A stretch of 63,243 nt of DNA, the filler included. It is 6 parts of 6 records of this genome, joined end to end, with 100 filler letters (N's around TTAATTAATTAA, not from the genome) between each part and the next. Parts side by side here need not be neighbours in the genome. Positions count along the whole stretch, not along the records: positions 28,836 to 37,189 come from SRR31156797_1958; positions 37,290 to 45,601 come from SRR31156797_1973; 4 more parts are not named here. One strand, given 5' to 3'. Made by a program: the position numbers and the translations under genes. Within the stretch, counting starts at the first letter, position 1; each line of letters begins with the position of its first letter. The notes under the pieces are model-generated. The model did not search any database. It was not told the DNA's origin and saw nothing but the letters and a program-made list of their open reading frames with translations. Positions 32,364-42,473 of the stretch are shown one piece after another.

Positions 32364-33989
32364 TTAATTATCCCAAAAGATCATATATGCAGATGGAGTT
32401 TTCTGACCAGGTGCATTATCATTCATTGATAACTCATCAGCACTCCAAGGCCATGAAACCGCATATGGTCTTGTAGATTCTGTAGGAACAGGTCCACTTC
32501 CGTTTGGCCCACCATCAGCATCCATTGTATTGGGATCCCACATTACAGGATAACCTGTTCTTCTGTAGTCTGTATATGCATCAATCGCTGCTCCAAATTT
32601 TGAAATCCATTTCTGAGTCATTACAATTTCAAATTTCATATCATCATCAGCGGCACCAAAATCTTCCATAACTTCTTCAACGTAAGTAGTTTCTGCATCA
32701 GAACCTGAGAGTAAAGGTTCTGTTCCGTTTCCTGCTACTTCGGTAACAGCATCTACCTGAGCGAAAGAAGCTAAAATTGCATCTTCTAAAGCAACACCCA
32801 AATCACCAGTTATTTTATCCATTGCAATCAGCTCAGCTTTTAAGTATAGAACATCTGCATAAGTAATCATACGAAAAGGTGCTGCTCCTGTACCATCATT
32901 AACACCTAACGAACTGCTTTTATCAAGCGTCTCACTGTCAAAAGCTCCACCAACCGGGTACAACCCAATCATTGCAGCAGTATTCCTACTCGCATGATCT
33001 CTATTATTACCGTTTGATCCAAAATAGATTGAATAAAAGTTTCCATCCTGATATTCCGGTGGATTTTCAACATCAGCAGGATCATCTAACTGTGTACACC
33101 AATAATAAGGAACACGTGGGTCATTAATTCCTGTAAAGATGTGGTCGGTTTGACCTGTCATAATCTCGTATATCCAAGGGCTAATATAGCTACTGATTTG
33201 TCCACCTGCATACTCACTTACAAAACCAGGATTCCTGTTATCAGGAGCCTGTTCTGGTCCGTGTGGGCATGAAAAATCTTCACCAGCTCCAATTAAATCA
33301 CCTGCAAGCAATGTATTTACTTCAGTTTGATCATAAAGTGAAGTATTCATCACTTGTACATAAAGCTTAAGTTTTAATGAATTGGCTACTTTTATCCAGG
33401 AATCAATGTCCCCTTGATAAATAATATCATCATCTCCAGGCACCAATAAATTCGCAGCTGTTTCATTGGTTAAATCCGAAACAGCAGAATCAAGCTGCGC
33501 GAAAAGGTCAGTATAAATCACCTCATCATCATCAAAAACAGGATTATAATTTCCCGTAACAGCAGCTTCAGAATAAGGTATATCTCCCCATAAATCAACC
33601 ATTTGTGAAAAAAGGTAGGCTTTAAAAATTCTTCCTATTCCGGCATAATACGAATTTTCATTTGCTTTTGCATTTTCAATTAAAGTATTAATTTCTTTAA
33701 TTGGATCAGTATATAAATTACTCCAGGAATTATCCATATCTGAACCATTAATTCCATACTGGTCTATAGATTCCCGTGAAGTTAACTGATGAACATAAAC
33801 AGACGCTATATACCCCGGAGCCATATAATCATTACCGAGATAAAAGCTCATGCCAGCGGTAATATTCGGTAACATTTTATCTACCGTTATCTCCGAAGGA
33901 CTGTTCGGATCGGTATTAATATCCAACCAACTTTCGCAAGATGATAAGATCAAAACTAGTGTTATTATAATTGGAAATAACTTTTTCAT
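32364..33989 (-). CDS. susD: SusD/RagB nutrient-binding lipoprotein
   Basis: SCESWLDINTDPN, DLWGDIPYSEA, QKWI, YTDYRRTGYP. Confidence 0.92.
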   Translation of the reverse strand: MKKLFPIIITLVLILSSCESWLDINTDPNSPSEITVDKMLPNITAGMSFYLGNDYMAPGYIASVYVHQLTSRESIDQYGINGSDMDNSWSNLYTDPIKEINTLIENAKANENSYYAGIGRIFKAYLFSQMVDLWGDIPYSEAAVTGNYNPVFDDDEVIYTDLFAQLDSAVSDLTNETAANLLVPGDDDIIYQGDIDSWIKVANSLKLKLYVQVMNTSLYDQTEVNTLLAGDLIGAGEDFSCPHGPEQAPDNRNPGFVSEYAGGQISSYISPWIYEIMTGQTDHIFTGINDPRVPYYWCTQLDDPADVENPPEYQDGNFYSIYFGSNGNNRDHASRNTAAMIGLYPVGGAFDSETLDKSSSLGVNDGTGAAPFRMITYADVLYLKAELIAMDKITGDLGVALEDAILASFAQVDAVTEVAGNGTEPLLSGSDAETTYVEEVMEDFGAADDDMKFEIVMTQKWISKFGAAIDAYTDYRRTGYPVMWDPNTMDADGGPNGSGPVPTESTRPYAVSWPWSADELSMNDNAPGQKTPSAYMIFWDN

Positions 33990-34008
33990 TTTCTTAATTT
34001 TTTATCAA

Positions 34009-37000
34009 TTAAAATACAATTTTGATATTAAAACCGTAACGTCTTGTAGAAGGTGCACCGCTGTATTCAACTCCTAATACATTGGATGCTCCGTAAGTAC
34101 TGACCTCAGGATCAAAATTGAGGTATCTTGGAATGTTTGGTGTCCAATACCATAAATTCCTCGCTGTAGCGCTTAAACTAATTGCGCTAATAGGGGTATT
34201 ACTTAATAGCTTTCTTGGTATATCGTATCCAAGAGAGATTTCCCTTAAACGGAAAGTAGTTGCATCATAAACCTGAAATTCACTAAATGAATTAATTGCA
34301 AATGAGCTGGTAGCACCGCTAAAATACTGATCATTAAACGATATTAAGGTAGTATTTGGAATGGTATTACCATTTGCATCCAGAATTGGTGCAACTGTTG
34401 TTGCATCTCCATAAACGCCCGGAATTACCATTGTTTTTTCCCGGTCTTCTGTATCTTTTGTTACACCTCTACCAAGTAATGAAACGATTGAATTTGAATA
34501 CAAATCCCCACCGTATTTCACATCAAATAAGAATGATAATGTAACATCGTAGAAACTAAACGAGTTTGACAATCCAAACATGAAATCAGGATTAGGATCT
34601 CCAACAATCCCCTGCTCTTCAGCTTCAATAATTAATCCGGTCGAAGGATCAATTAAAAAATTATCATCTTCATCTCTGGCAGCCTGGCTTCCATAAAATA
34701 CTCCATAAGGCTCTCCAACTATTAATGCAGAAGCAGGATCACCAAAAAGTTGATTTACATAAACCAGTGAATCTACACCATTAATGTTATTCACTTTATT
34801 TCTGTTAGCAGAAAATGTTATTTTTGCATCCCAGTCGAAATTACTTGCATCTACTACTTTTGCATCGAAAGCTACTTCAACACCTTTATTTTCTAATTCT
34901 CCAACATTTGTATATGTCTGCCCATAGCCTGAAGAAGTAGGAATATAAACCGGGTAAATCTGATCGGTTGAAAGACTTTTGTACAATGCAATATCAAGTT
35001 TAAACCTGTCTCTTAAGAAATTTAATTCTGCACCAACTTCAATATCTTCTTTGTACTCTGGTCCTAAATTTGGATCATAGGCTATATCAGGTATATATAA
35101 ATACGATTGGCCCATATATGGAGCACCAATCTCATAAACATCTTTTACCATGTAAGGTCCTGCATCCATACCTACTTTTCCCCAGCTTGCACGTACTTTA
35201 CCGAAACTTAAGATATCACTCTCCATTTTCAATGCTTCTGTAAAAATTAATGAACCATCAACAGCTGGGTAGAAATAAGAATTATTTTCTTTAGGTAAAG
35301 TTGAAGACCAATCATTCCTTCCACGAACGGTTACGAAAGCATAATCTCTGAAACTAACAGTAGCTTCACCTAATACACCCAGTAAACGACGCATTGAATA
35401 GTTTCCGCCCCAGGCGATAACATCTTCGGTATTATCTATATCATAGATTCCAGCAACAATAAAAGTTGAACCCCTATATGCCTGACGGTCAATCTCTCTC
35501 TGGTTGTGATTTAAACCAACTAATCCTGTCAATTTAAAATCAGAGTTAATTTCTTTATCAAAATTCACAAAAAACTGAGATTCAATTTCTGTTTTTTGAT
35601 ACAAATCTTCTGTTATACCGCCTGCGCCACCAAATGTAACAGCTCTTGAACCAATATCAATAATTTCTTGTCTGTCCTGAGTAAATGTATTAAATCCGAA
35701 ACGATAAGATAAACTTATCCAATCATTAATATCATAAATAAAATTAATATTTCCGGTTACACGTTTCATGTCGGTCAGAATCTGATTATGTTTCCATGAC
35801 CACAAAGGATTATCAAACTGATCACCATTTGGTTGCATTGGAAAACCAGTTGCAGGATCTTCATAAGGATCCATTATCCATGTACGGCCAAGCCACAGTG
35901 CCCGGGCAAAAGAAGAAGCTCCATATCCAGTTGATGATTGATTGTTACCGAACAATCCTCCAACTTGATCTGTCTGTGAATATGATAGTGTTCCCAATGC
36001 AGTGAATTTATCCCAAAGTTTGGTAGATCCTCCAACACTAATACTGGAACGATTAAATTCTGAATGCGGGATATAACTGTCATTTCTTGAATCAGATAAT
36101 GTCAGGTTATAAGTAGATTCCTCTGTTCCACCTGAAACATTCACTGAGTTTTCGAAAGAAACACCAACATCAAATAAACCACTTACATTATCTGGTTGCG
36201 CTTCATAAGGAATATTCTCTCCCCAACCATAACTGTCAATATAATATTGTTGCCATGTTGGAATTGAATCCATTGTTGAAAAGGCAGGTCCCCATGATCC
36301 ATTTGCATTTGAATAGGCAAATTCAGAACCATTACCGTAAGTGTTTTGATACTCGGGTAAACTTGCAATTTCTTCAAAATTAACTGAACTGTTTACTGTT
36401 ATTGAAAATCCCTTTTTCCTTGTACTACCTGATTTCGTTGTTACTAAAACAACTCCATTCTTTGCTCTAGAACCGTAAAGTGCAGCAGCCGCTGCTCCCT
36501 TTAGTACTGTAGTTGATTCAATATCGTTTGGATCTAATGTTCCAAGACCACTACCATAGGCACCACCTGAAGTACTCATACTGGTTGTGCTAACAAAATC
36601 GTTACTATAAGGAATACCATCAACCACGAAAAGCGGCTGGTTATTTCCTGAGAAAGATGTATTACCGCGAATAGTAATTCTTGCAGCTGAACCGGGAGCA
36701 CCACCGGAAGAACGAATTTCTACACCGGCAATTTTACCATCTAGTGCCCTTAACATGTCTGGTTCTGATTTTTGAAGTAATTCATCAGAATAAACTTCAG
36801 TAGATGCATATCCTAATGCCTTTTTCTCCCTTGAGATACCAAAAGCAGTAACAACAACTTCATCTAAACCAAAAGTTTCAACTTCTAAAACAACATCAAT
36901 TCTGGATGATGTTATTTCCAACTCTTGTGTTTTCATACCCACAAAACTTACTACTAACGTCCTAGCATCCTCAGGAACTTGCAACGTATACTCCCCATTA

Positions 37001-37170
37001 ATGGAAGTAACTGTTCCAAGTGTTGTCCCTTTAACTGATACCGAAACTCCCGGAATTTGAGTACCATCCTCAGCGGAAGTAACCGTACCGGTTATTTCTC
37101 TTGTCTGAGCATTAGTTATCAAAATTCCTATAAAAAGAAGAATCGATAAAAAAAGCGCAATTTTTTTCAT
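34009..37170 (-). CDS. susC: SusC/RagA TonB-dependent outer membrane transporter
   Basis: LDEVVVTA.G, IRG..S...NNQPLFVVDG, LKGAAAAALYGSRAKNGV, C-terminal Phe. Confidence 0.95.
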   Translation of the reverse strand: MKKIALFLSILLFIGILITNAQTREITGTVTSAEDGTQIPGVSVSVKGTTLGTVTSINGEYTLQVPEDARTLVVSFVGMKTQELEITSSRIDVVLEVETFGLDEVVVTAFGISREKKALGYASTEVYSDELLQKSEPDMLRALDGKIAGVEIRSSGGAPGSAARITIRGNTSFSGNNQPLFVVDGIPYSNDFVSTTSMSTSGGAYGSGLGTLDPNDIESTTVLKGAAAAALYGSRAKNGVVLVTTKSGSTRKKGFSITVNSSVNFEEIASLPEYQNTYGNGSEFAYSNANGSWGPAFSTMDSIPTWQQYYIDSYGWGENIPYEAQPDNVSGLFDVGVSFENSVNVSGGTEESTYNLTLSDSRNDSYIPHSEFNRSSISVGGSTKLWDKFTALGTLSYSQTDQVGGLFGNNQSSTGYGASSFARALWLGRTWIMDPYEDPATGFPMQPNGDQFDNPLWSWKHNQILTDMKRVTGNINFIYDINDWISLSYRFGFNTFTQDRQEIIDIGSRAVTFGGAGGITEDLYQKTEIESQFFVNFDKEINSDFKLTGLVGLNHNQREIDRQAYRGSTFIVAGIYDIDNTEDVIAWGGNYSMRRLLGVLGEATVSFRDYAFVTVRGRNDWSSTLPKENNSYFYPAVDGSLIFTEALKMESDILSFGKVRASWGKVGMDAGPYMVKDVYEIGAPYMGQSYLYIPDIAYDPNLGPEYKEDIEVGAELNFLRDRFKLDIALYKSLSTDQIYPVYIPTSSGYGQTYTNVGELENKGVEVAFDAKVVDASNFDWDAKITFSANRNKVNNINGVDSLVYVNQLFGDPASALIVGEPYGVFYGSQAARDEDDNFLIDPSTGLIIEAEEQGIVGDPNPDFMFGLSNSFSFYDVTLSFLFDVKYGGDLYSNSIVSLLGRGVTKDTEDREKTMVIPGVYGDATTVAPILDANGNTIPNTTLISFNDQYFSGATSSFAINSFSEFQVYDATTFRLREISLGYDIPRKLLSNTPISAISLSATARNLWYWTPNIPRYLNFDPEVSTYGASNVLGVEYSGAPSTRRYGFNIKIVF

Positions 37171-37189
37171 AGAAATAGTTTTAAATTAA

Positions 37190-37289
37190 NNNNNNNNNNN
37201 NNNNNNNNNNNNNNNNNNNNNNNNNNNNNNNNNTTAATTAATTAANNNNNNNNNNNNNNNNNNNNNNNNNNNNNNNNNNNNNNNNNNNN
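37190..37289. other. Artificial contig linker
   Basis: 44 N + TTAATTAATTAA + 44 N. Confidence 0.99.
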
Positions 37290-37357
37290 TGCCCGGGTAA
37301 ATATAGAATTTACCCCTACTTTTTATATTTTGACAAAATTTACGTACATCATTAGAA

Positions 37358-37657
37358 TTATAAGCTAAGCGCAAAATCTAATATTTTAGCACCATTCATC
37401 ATTCCATAATCTTTGGAATCAATTACTTCAACTCTTTTATCAACTTTTGCTGCGAAACCTTGTAATTCATTCTTTTTAAACCTTACTTGCGGGCCTAATA
37501 AGAAAACATCATATTCATTAAGTTTGTCATGGAAAGTTTCAAGTCCTAAAGCGTTGATTTCTACTTCTAACTCTCTTTTTTCAGCTTCCTGTTTCATTTT
37601 TTTTACAACTAATGATGTAGACATCCCTGCACTGCATAATAATAGTATTTTTTTCAT
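37358..37657 (-). CDS. PTS lactose/cellobiose/chitobiose-family IIB component
   Basis: ILLLCSAGMSTS phosphocysteine loop, LLGPQV, DYGMMNG; AGGAG RBS. Confidence 0.93.
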   Translation of the reverse strand: MKKILLLCSAGMSTSLVVKKMKQEAEKRELEVEINALGLETFHDKLNEYDVFLLGPQVRFKKNELQGFAAKVDKRVEVIDSKDYGMMNGAKILDFALSL

Positions 37658-37743
37658 GATTTTTTCTCCTTTGCTTACTTTGATAGTTTTAAAGATAGTT
37701 TAAATTTAGAATTTTAACCGGTTAAGTTTCTATTTCTGAGACA

Positions 37744-37772
37744 AGTCTACTATGTCAAAAGTTAATTGTCAA
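37744..37772 (-). promoter_or_regulatory. Sigma70 promoter of the PTS IIB gene
   Basis: TTGACA-17 bp-TAGACT on the minus strand. Confidence 0.65.
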
Positions 37773-37920
37773 ATTTACGTATATTTTGTACTTTTTTCGT
37801 TCGTTTTTTAATTTTGGAAAGTGAGTAAATAATAATAACCTCTTATATAAGTTAAACATCCTATAATTACTGACTTTATAGGAGTCAAGTTTTTACAATC
37901 AAAAGTAGCGGAAAAATAAC

Positions 37921-37949
37921 TTGATTTTTTTTCGTCTGAATACTATAAT
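37921..37949 (+). promoter_or_regulatory. Sigma70 promoter of the Rep-like gene
   Basis: TTGATT-17 bp-TATAAT; GGGAGA RBS near 37985. Confidence 0.65.
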
Positions 37950-38002
37950 TTTAGTAGAAAAATTTATAAAAAAAATTATAAATAGGGAGAAATTTTTATA
38001 TT

Positions 38003-39151
38003 ATGATGATACCGTATCTAGGAAATCAATATCTAAAACTTAATTATGCAAAAAAAATTAGTAAAAAGGAACGAGTTTATTTAAATTTTCTGCTTAATGA
38101 ATTTATAAATCTAAAAGGTGATCTAATAATAAACGAGAAAAAAGTAGAAGAAAATTTTACTATTCAATTAGAAGATTTTTTTGATGTACTTACCAACATT
38201 TCACAAAAGCGTTGTAGTTATGAAATTTATCAAAATGATACTATTTTTCTTCAAGGTTACTTTTATCTGATTAATAATATTGAACTGTCTGCAAAAGATA
38301 TCAAAATTCAATTTAACAGTATTTTATATGAAGCTTTAAATCCTGATACGATATATTACAAATCCGGATTATTAACTATGTTAAAATTTCAAAATAACAG
38401 TGTTTTAACACTATATAATTATTTCTCAAAATTTATTTATGATAACATTGGCGAATTTGAGATTAAACTTCAAGCTCTAAAAGATATATTAGATGTTGAG
38501 GCAAGATACTCTAGGTTTTATGATTTTGAACGTTATGTATTGCGAAACCTTATAGCTGAAATAAATGAAAATAGTGATTTCCAGTTTACTTATGAAAAAA
38601 TCAAAAGCGGAGAATCTAAAAACAGCAAAGTTTTAAATTTAAAATTCAATTATAAAAATATCAAAGAAGTTGAACTGAATAATAATATTAATCTTATCTT
38701 TAATGAGATAAAAAACAGTATCAATAATTTTGAAAAAATACGTACATTACTTTATGAATACTTGAATAAAAACAATTTAGACTATGTTCAAAATAATATT
38801 TTGTTTATACAAAAACATTTTGATTCAGATTATGATAATATATTGGAAGATGCTCTGAAATATGATTATAATAATAATTATTTTGATAAATTTCTCGAAA
38901 GTGAGACTAAGAATAATTATAAATTAGTTTCTGAACTTCAAGCAAAATTTTCAAATTTATTTGAATTTGAAACAGCTCTATATAAAGAGTTAAAAAATAT
39001 CGGATTCTATTATGAAATGGATTTCCTAAAGAAACTTTATGAATTCAGAAAATCTAATATTCTCGAATATGAAAATCACGAGATTAAAATTATAGGCGAG
39101 TTCAAAATTAAAGACTTAAGCCAAATTCAAATATATAAAACTTATAAATAA
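38003..39151 (+). CDS. Rep_3/RepB-type initiator-like winged-helix protein with C-terminal extension
   Basis: LKDIL....YSRFYDFERYVL..LIAEINENSD..FTYEKIKSG.....V..LKF, typical of the second WH domain of Rep_3 initiators. Confidence 0.75.
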   Translation: MMIPYLGNQYLKLNYAKKISKKERVYLNFLLNEFINLKGDLIINEKKVEENFTIQLEDFFDVLTNISQKRCSYEIYQNDTIFLQGYFYLINNIELSAKDIKIQFNSILYEALNPDTIYYKSGLLTMLKFQNNSVLTLYNYFSKFIYDNIGEFEIKLQALKDILDVEARYSRFYDFERYVLRNLIAEINENSDFQFTYEKIKSGESKNSKVLNLKFNYKNIKEVELNNNINLIFNEIKNSINNFEKIRTLLYEYLNKNNLDYVQNNILFIQKHFDSDYDNILEDALKYDYNNNYFDKFLESETKNNYKLVSELQAKFSNLFEFETALYKELKNIGFYYEMDFLKKLYEFRKSNILEYENHEIKIIGEFKIKDLSQIQIYKTYK

Positions 39152-39196
39152 TAAGAATTCCCAAAATCTGAAAAAACAGAGATTGGGAATTCTTAT
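39151..39196. terminator. Bidirectional hairpin between convergent genes
   Basis: 14-bp stem ATAAGAATTCCCAA / TTGGGAATTCTTAT. Confidence 0.75.
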
Positions 39197-39235
39197 ATTG
39201 AGATTTACATCATGATTATTAATTAAGCAAAGTTA

Positions 39236-40096
39236 TTATTTTAGTTTAATCCAAAGCTCAGGATCAGTAGGAGTATCTTTTGGTAAATAAGGATTATCAA
39301 TATATATTACTCTTGAATTTTTATATTTTGAAAGTGGAAACATTGATGCTGTAACAGGATGGTCTTTCATATTTTTCAGAAATGAGCCATCTTTGATAGC
39401 AATTCTTAAACCTTTATCTATTCTTTCAGCTAATTTTTTATTCTCTTTCGATGTGAAGAAATACATAGGGAATTTGTATACGATTAATAAATCGTCATAT
39501 GCGATAAGTTCATTTTGCCCCTCTACCTCTGCATAAACTTCATTTAAACCTCTAGGGAAGTAATCAACTCTTTTTCGTTTTAACATTTGATACATATTTT
39601 TAAACAAAGTTACTCTGTTAACATTTAAATTCGCTGATTCCAAAACATCTGAATCCGGCCAGTGAGTTCCCTGGATTGCTGAATATACTCTTAACTCTTC
39701 TAGTGTATTTATTCTCTCGAATTTAGCTAAACTATCTTTTCTAATTACCGGAACTCTGTGGCCAAGTAACCCTCCAACAAGCGGAATTCTTACAGGTTCT
39801 AATTTTTCTTCTCTTTCAATACTTGTACCAGACCAGACTAAATTAATTAAACCGTCTTTTTGAACTTCATATATTTCTCTTCCCTGACTTAAACTGCTGT
39901 CTAATATTTTAATTTCAGCTTTTCCATATTCTTCTTCTGTATTTTTTAGTGCAAGATTAAGCAAATTTACAAAATACGAATGACTCGTATCTTGAGACGA
40001 TTGAGGTGGAACAATTGTGATAACAGTGTTTTCAGCATATACATTAAGTACTAAACACAACATAAGAGCCAACATAAAAATTAATTTCTTTTTCAT
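39236..40096 (-). CDS. Orphan periplasmic solute-binding protein (family 3-like)
   Basis: Signal peptide; PVRIPL..GLLG.R, QG..WPD..VL, RVDYFPRG..E, LA.RI..GL. Confidence 0.8.
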   Translation of the reverse strand: MKKKLIFMLALMLCLVLNVYAENTVITIVPPQSSQDTSHSYFVNLLNLALKNTEEEYGKAEIKILDSSLSQGREIYEVQKDGLINLVWSGTSIEREEKLEPVRIPLVGGLLGHRVPVIRKDSLAKFERINTLEELRVYSAIQGTHWPDSDVLESANLNVNRVTLFKNMYQMLKRKRVDYFPRGLNEVYAEVEGQNELIAYDDLLIVYKFPMYFFTSKENKKLAERIDKGLRIAIKDGSFLKNMKDHPVTASMFPLSKYKNSRVIYIDNPYLPKDTPTDPELWIKLK

Positions 40097-40138
40097 TTCT
40101 TAAACCTCCAATTTTTTATATAACTACTAGCACCAATA

Positions 40139-40210
40139 ATATTACCAAACCACAAGTTGTGGCATAGTGGTCTATGCCACTATATTACCACCTGATTCTT
40201 GATTTGTCAA
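40139..40210 (-). promoter_or_regulatory. Sigma70 promoter with overlapping palindromic operator
   Basis: Minus strand TTGACA (40205-40210)-17 bp-TAATAT (40182-40187) with upstream TG; palindrome GTGGCATAG-N4-CTATGCCAC at 40159-40180. Confidence 0.6.
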
Positions 40211-40310
40211 GATATAAAGCAAAAATGTTTTATTTGAGATGGAATGATACAGAAATTTGACAGAGTTATAATAGAAGGGAATTAGGTATGTAAGGTTTTG
40301 AAAAGTAAAT

Positions 40311-40360
40311 AAAAAAGAAGAAAAGAAACATTTTAATTCATAGTTTCTTTCCTTTTTTTT
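40311..40360. terminator. Probable terminator of the regulator gene
   Basis: AAAAAAGAAGAAAAGAAAC...GTTTCTTTCCTTTTTTTT inverted repeat. Confidence 0.5.
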
Positions 40361-40382
40361 ACTCTTATATTTTTTATAAAGT

Positions 40383-42284
40383 TTATTTAGTTTTTTTCAA
40401 TGAAGATAAAATACCATACATTGCATTTATTTGGTTCGTATTGACAACCAGTGAAACATCTGTATGTGAGTCATATGTTTTAAAATAAAGTTTAGAGTTT
40501 TCACTATTTGTTTTAAAATTATATGGAGGAGTAATTTGATTAAAGTTATCTATTGCAAAGGAATCAAAATCTAAATTATTGATTATATCATTTGGGTAGG
40601 ATATAGTTATTTTGAATCCATTATCAAAATAACTTGAAGGACAATACCCATGACTAAAATGATAATTTTCTTTTTTTGAACTTTTAAATTTTTCTAAAAC
40701 ATCATAATCAAATTCGTCTGAAACTATTTTAGTTTCAATAGTAATAAAATCCCCAGAATTTATGTTAGCATTAAATTTAAACTCAAATTCTCTAAACAAA
40801 CCTAAGGATTGGATAGAGAGATCATTGACTTTAGTATTTTTATCATTTTTTAAACAATCAATTCTAATGTCGTTGATTGAGCAACGATAATGACCAGAAA
40901 AATGATTAATAAAATTATTGTAGGGAATACTAATTTTTTCATTGATCGAAATATTTATCATTGAAATATATTTAGTTTCTTCTATTATGGTCCAGTAATA
41001 TTTTTCATTTTGACTTTTATTTAAAGTTGCGTGAAATGAATGAGTTATAGGTTTAAAAATAATTTGAGAAACCTTCGGTTCTTTTTTTTCAAATTGAAAT
41101 AACTCTACAAGTTTTAATTTATCAAAATTATAAAACCCGATACTACTCCAATTCTTTGAATCATTAATTTGGTCAAAAAAGTTTTTACTTGAAATAATAT
41201 CATTTACATCTGCTAATTTCAGTATTTTAGGACAATTAATGAGATAATCTCCAACGACTTCAAGGCTTGTCCCAGTTTCAATATATGAAATACTGCTATA
41301 GTCAATTGCTAATTTTAAATTTAAATTATGACTATTTTTTCTGCTTATTAGTTTAATGATTAAAGTATGCAATTTATCATAATTAAAATCTTTATCAAAC
41401 ATAAAGATGATGATGTTTCCCACTATTTTTAATATTTTTCCTTGATTATTTATTATGTCTGAAATTATAACTGGACTAAGTTCCTCAATAAATTCAAAAG
41501 AATTTGAATTATCATTCTTTTGAATTTCTAAAAATGCTACAACAGCTTTTTTTTCTAAATTATTATCATCATTAGGTGTATTAAAATGTAAATTATCCTT
41601 TTTTAGCATATATCCAATATTTTTTTTACTTATGAGTAAAGTTTGTAAAATATCAATTTTCTTTTTTAATCTATAAATGTAATTATCTAATTTTCTTTTC
41701 CCGCTATTATCAAAATAATCTTCATTCCAGAGAAGATTATATGCTTGTTTTCTCGAAAATGTTCTACCTTGTTTTTCGAGAAAAAAACATAAAACATCGT
41801 ATTCTTTTGGTTTTAAATCAACTAGTTTATTATTGAAATAGACGAGGTGTTCTTTCTGATTTACATGAATTCCATTATATAATAAGGTTTCATTTTGATG
41901 TTCACGTTGATGTTTTTCTTCGATTTTTTTTAATTTTAGAATCAACTCATTATCTTCAATAGGTTTTCTTATAAAATCACTGCAATTAATAGAATAAGCT
42001 GTTTCAGCTTCATTATCATTATATTTATCCCCCAAAATAATTAAATTCTCCGGTTGTGAATAAATATGTGGGTTCGTAGAAATTTTTTTCATAATTTTGA
42101 GAGCTAAATTCTCAAAATCTTTATTACAGTCGATAATAGCTAATTCGATATTATCTTGTACTAAAGCAATTAAAGCTTCTTCTAAATCGATAGCTGAGTA
42201 AACAATACATTTTTCTTCAAAATTTTCCCTAATAAAATTGTTAAACTTCGGATTTTCTGAGATTGTTAATATTCTCATATTCAT
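40383..42284 (-). CDS. Atypical OmpR-family response regulator fused to a degenerate class III nucleotide cyclase domain and an unknown C-terminal domain
   Basis: Receiver (IIDCN, FIRKP); winged helix (LKPKEYDVL..F...GRTFSR, LDNYIYRLKKKI, NIGY); cyclase-like segments GKILKIVGN, LKLAID, VVGDYL. Confidence 0.75.
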   Translation of the reverse strand: MNMRILTISENPKFNNFIRENFEEKCIVYSAIDLEEALIALVQDNIELAIIDCNKDFENLALKIMKKISTNPHIYSQPENLIILGDKYNDNEAETAYSINCSDFIRKPIEDNELILKLKKIEEKHQREHQNETLLYNGIHVNQKEHLVYFNNKLVDLKPKEYDVLCFFLEKQGRTFSRKQAYNLLWNEDYFDNSGKRKLDNYIYRLKKKIDILQTLLISKKNIGYMLKKDNLHFNTPNDDNNLEKKAVVAFLEIQKNDNSNSFEFIEELSPVIISDIINNQGKILKIVGNIIIFMFDKDFNYDKLHTLIIKLISRKNSHNLNLKLAIDYSSISYIETGTSLEVVGDYLINCPKILKLADVNDIISSKNFFDQINDSKNWSSIGFYNFDKLKLVELFQFEKKEPKVSQIIFKPITHSFHATLNKSQNEKYYWTIIEETKYISMINISINEKISIPYNNFINHFSGHYRCSINDIRIDCLKNDKNTKVNDLSIQSLGLFREFEFKFNANINSGDFITIETKIVSDEFDYDVLEKFKSSKKENYHFSHGYCPSSYFDNGFKITISYPNDIINNLDFDSFAIDNFNQITPPYNFKTNSENSKLYFKTYDSHTDVSLVVNTNQINAMYGILSSLKKTK

Positions 42285-42473
42285 CCCTCCCTATAAATAT
42301 TATCCCAATATAATTATATACTTTGAATGTAACATATAAGTAACAAAACTAATGTAAGTGTTTTTATTTAAGTTATTTTTACACTTACAGCTTGTATTTG
42401 TTATTTAATATCAATGTTTTTTTTGGAGGAAACTTAAAGTTATCTTAGTGTTTTCAAAGAAATACGAAACAAT

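Noticed and set aside
31384-37170. SusCD unit linked to the GH43 enzyme as one polysaccharide utilisation locus
   Set aside because: They lie on different contigs separated by a linker
37660-38002. Iteron-type plasmid origin upstream of the Rep-like gene
   Set aside because: No tandem ~20-bp direct repeats found by eye; the region is explained by two divergent promoters
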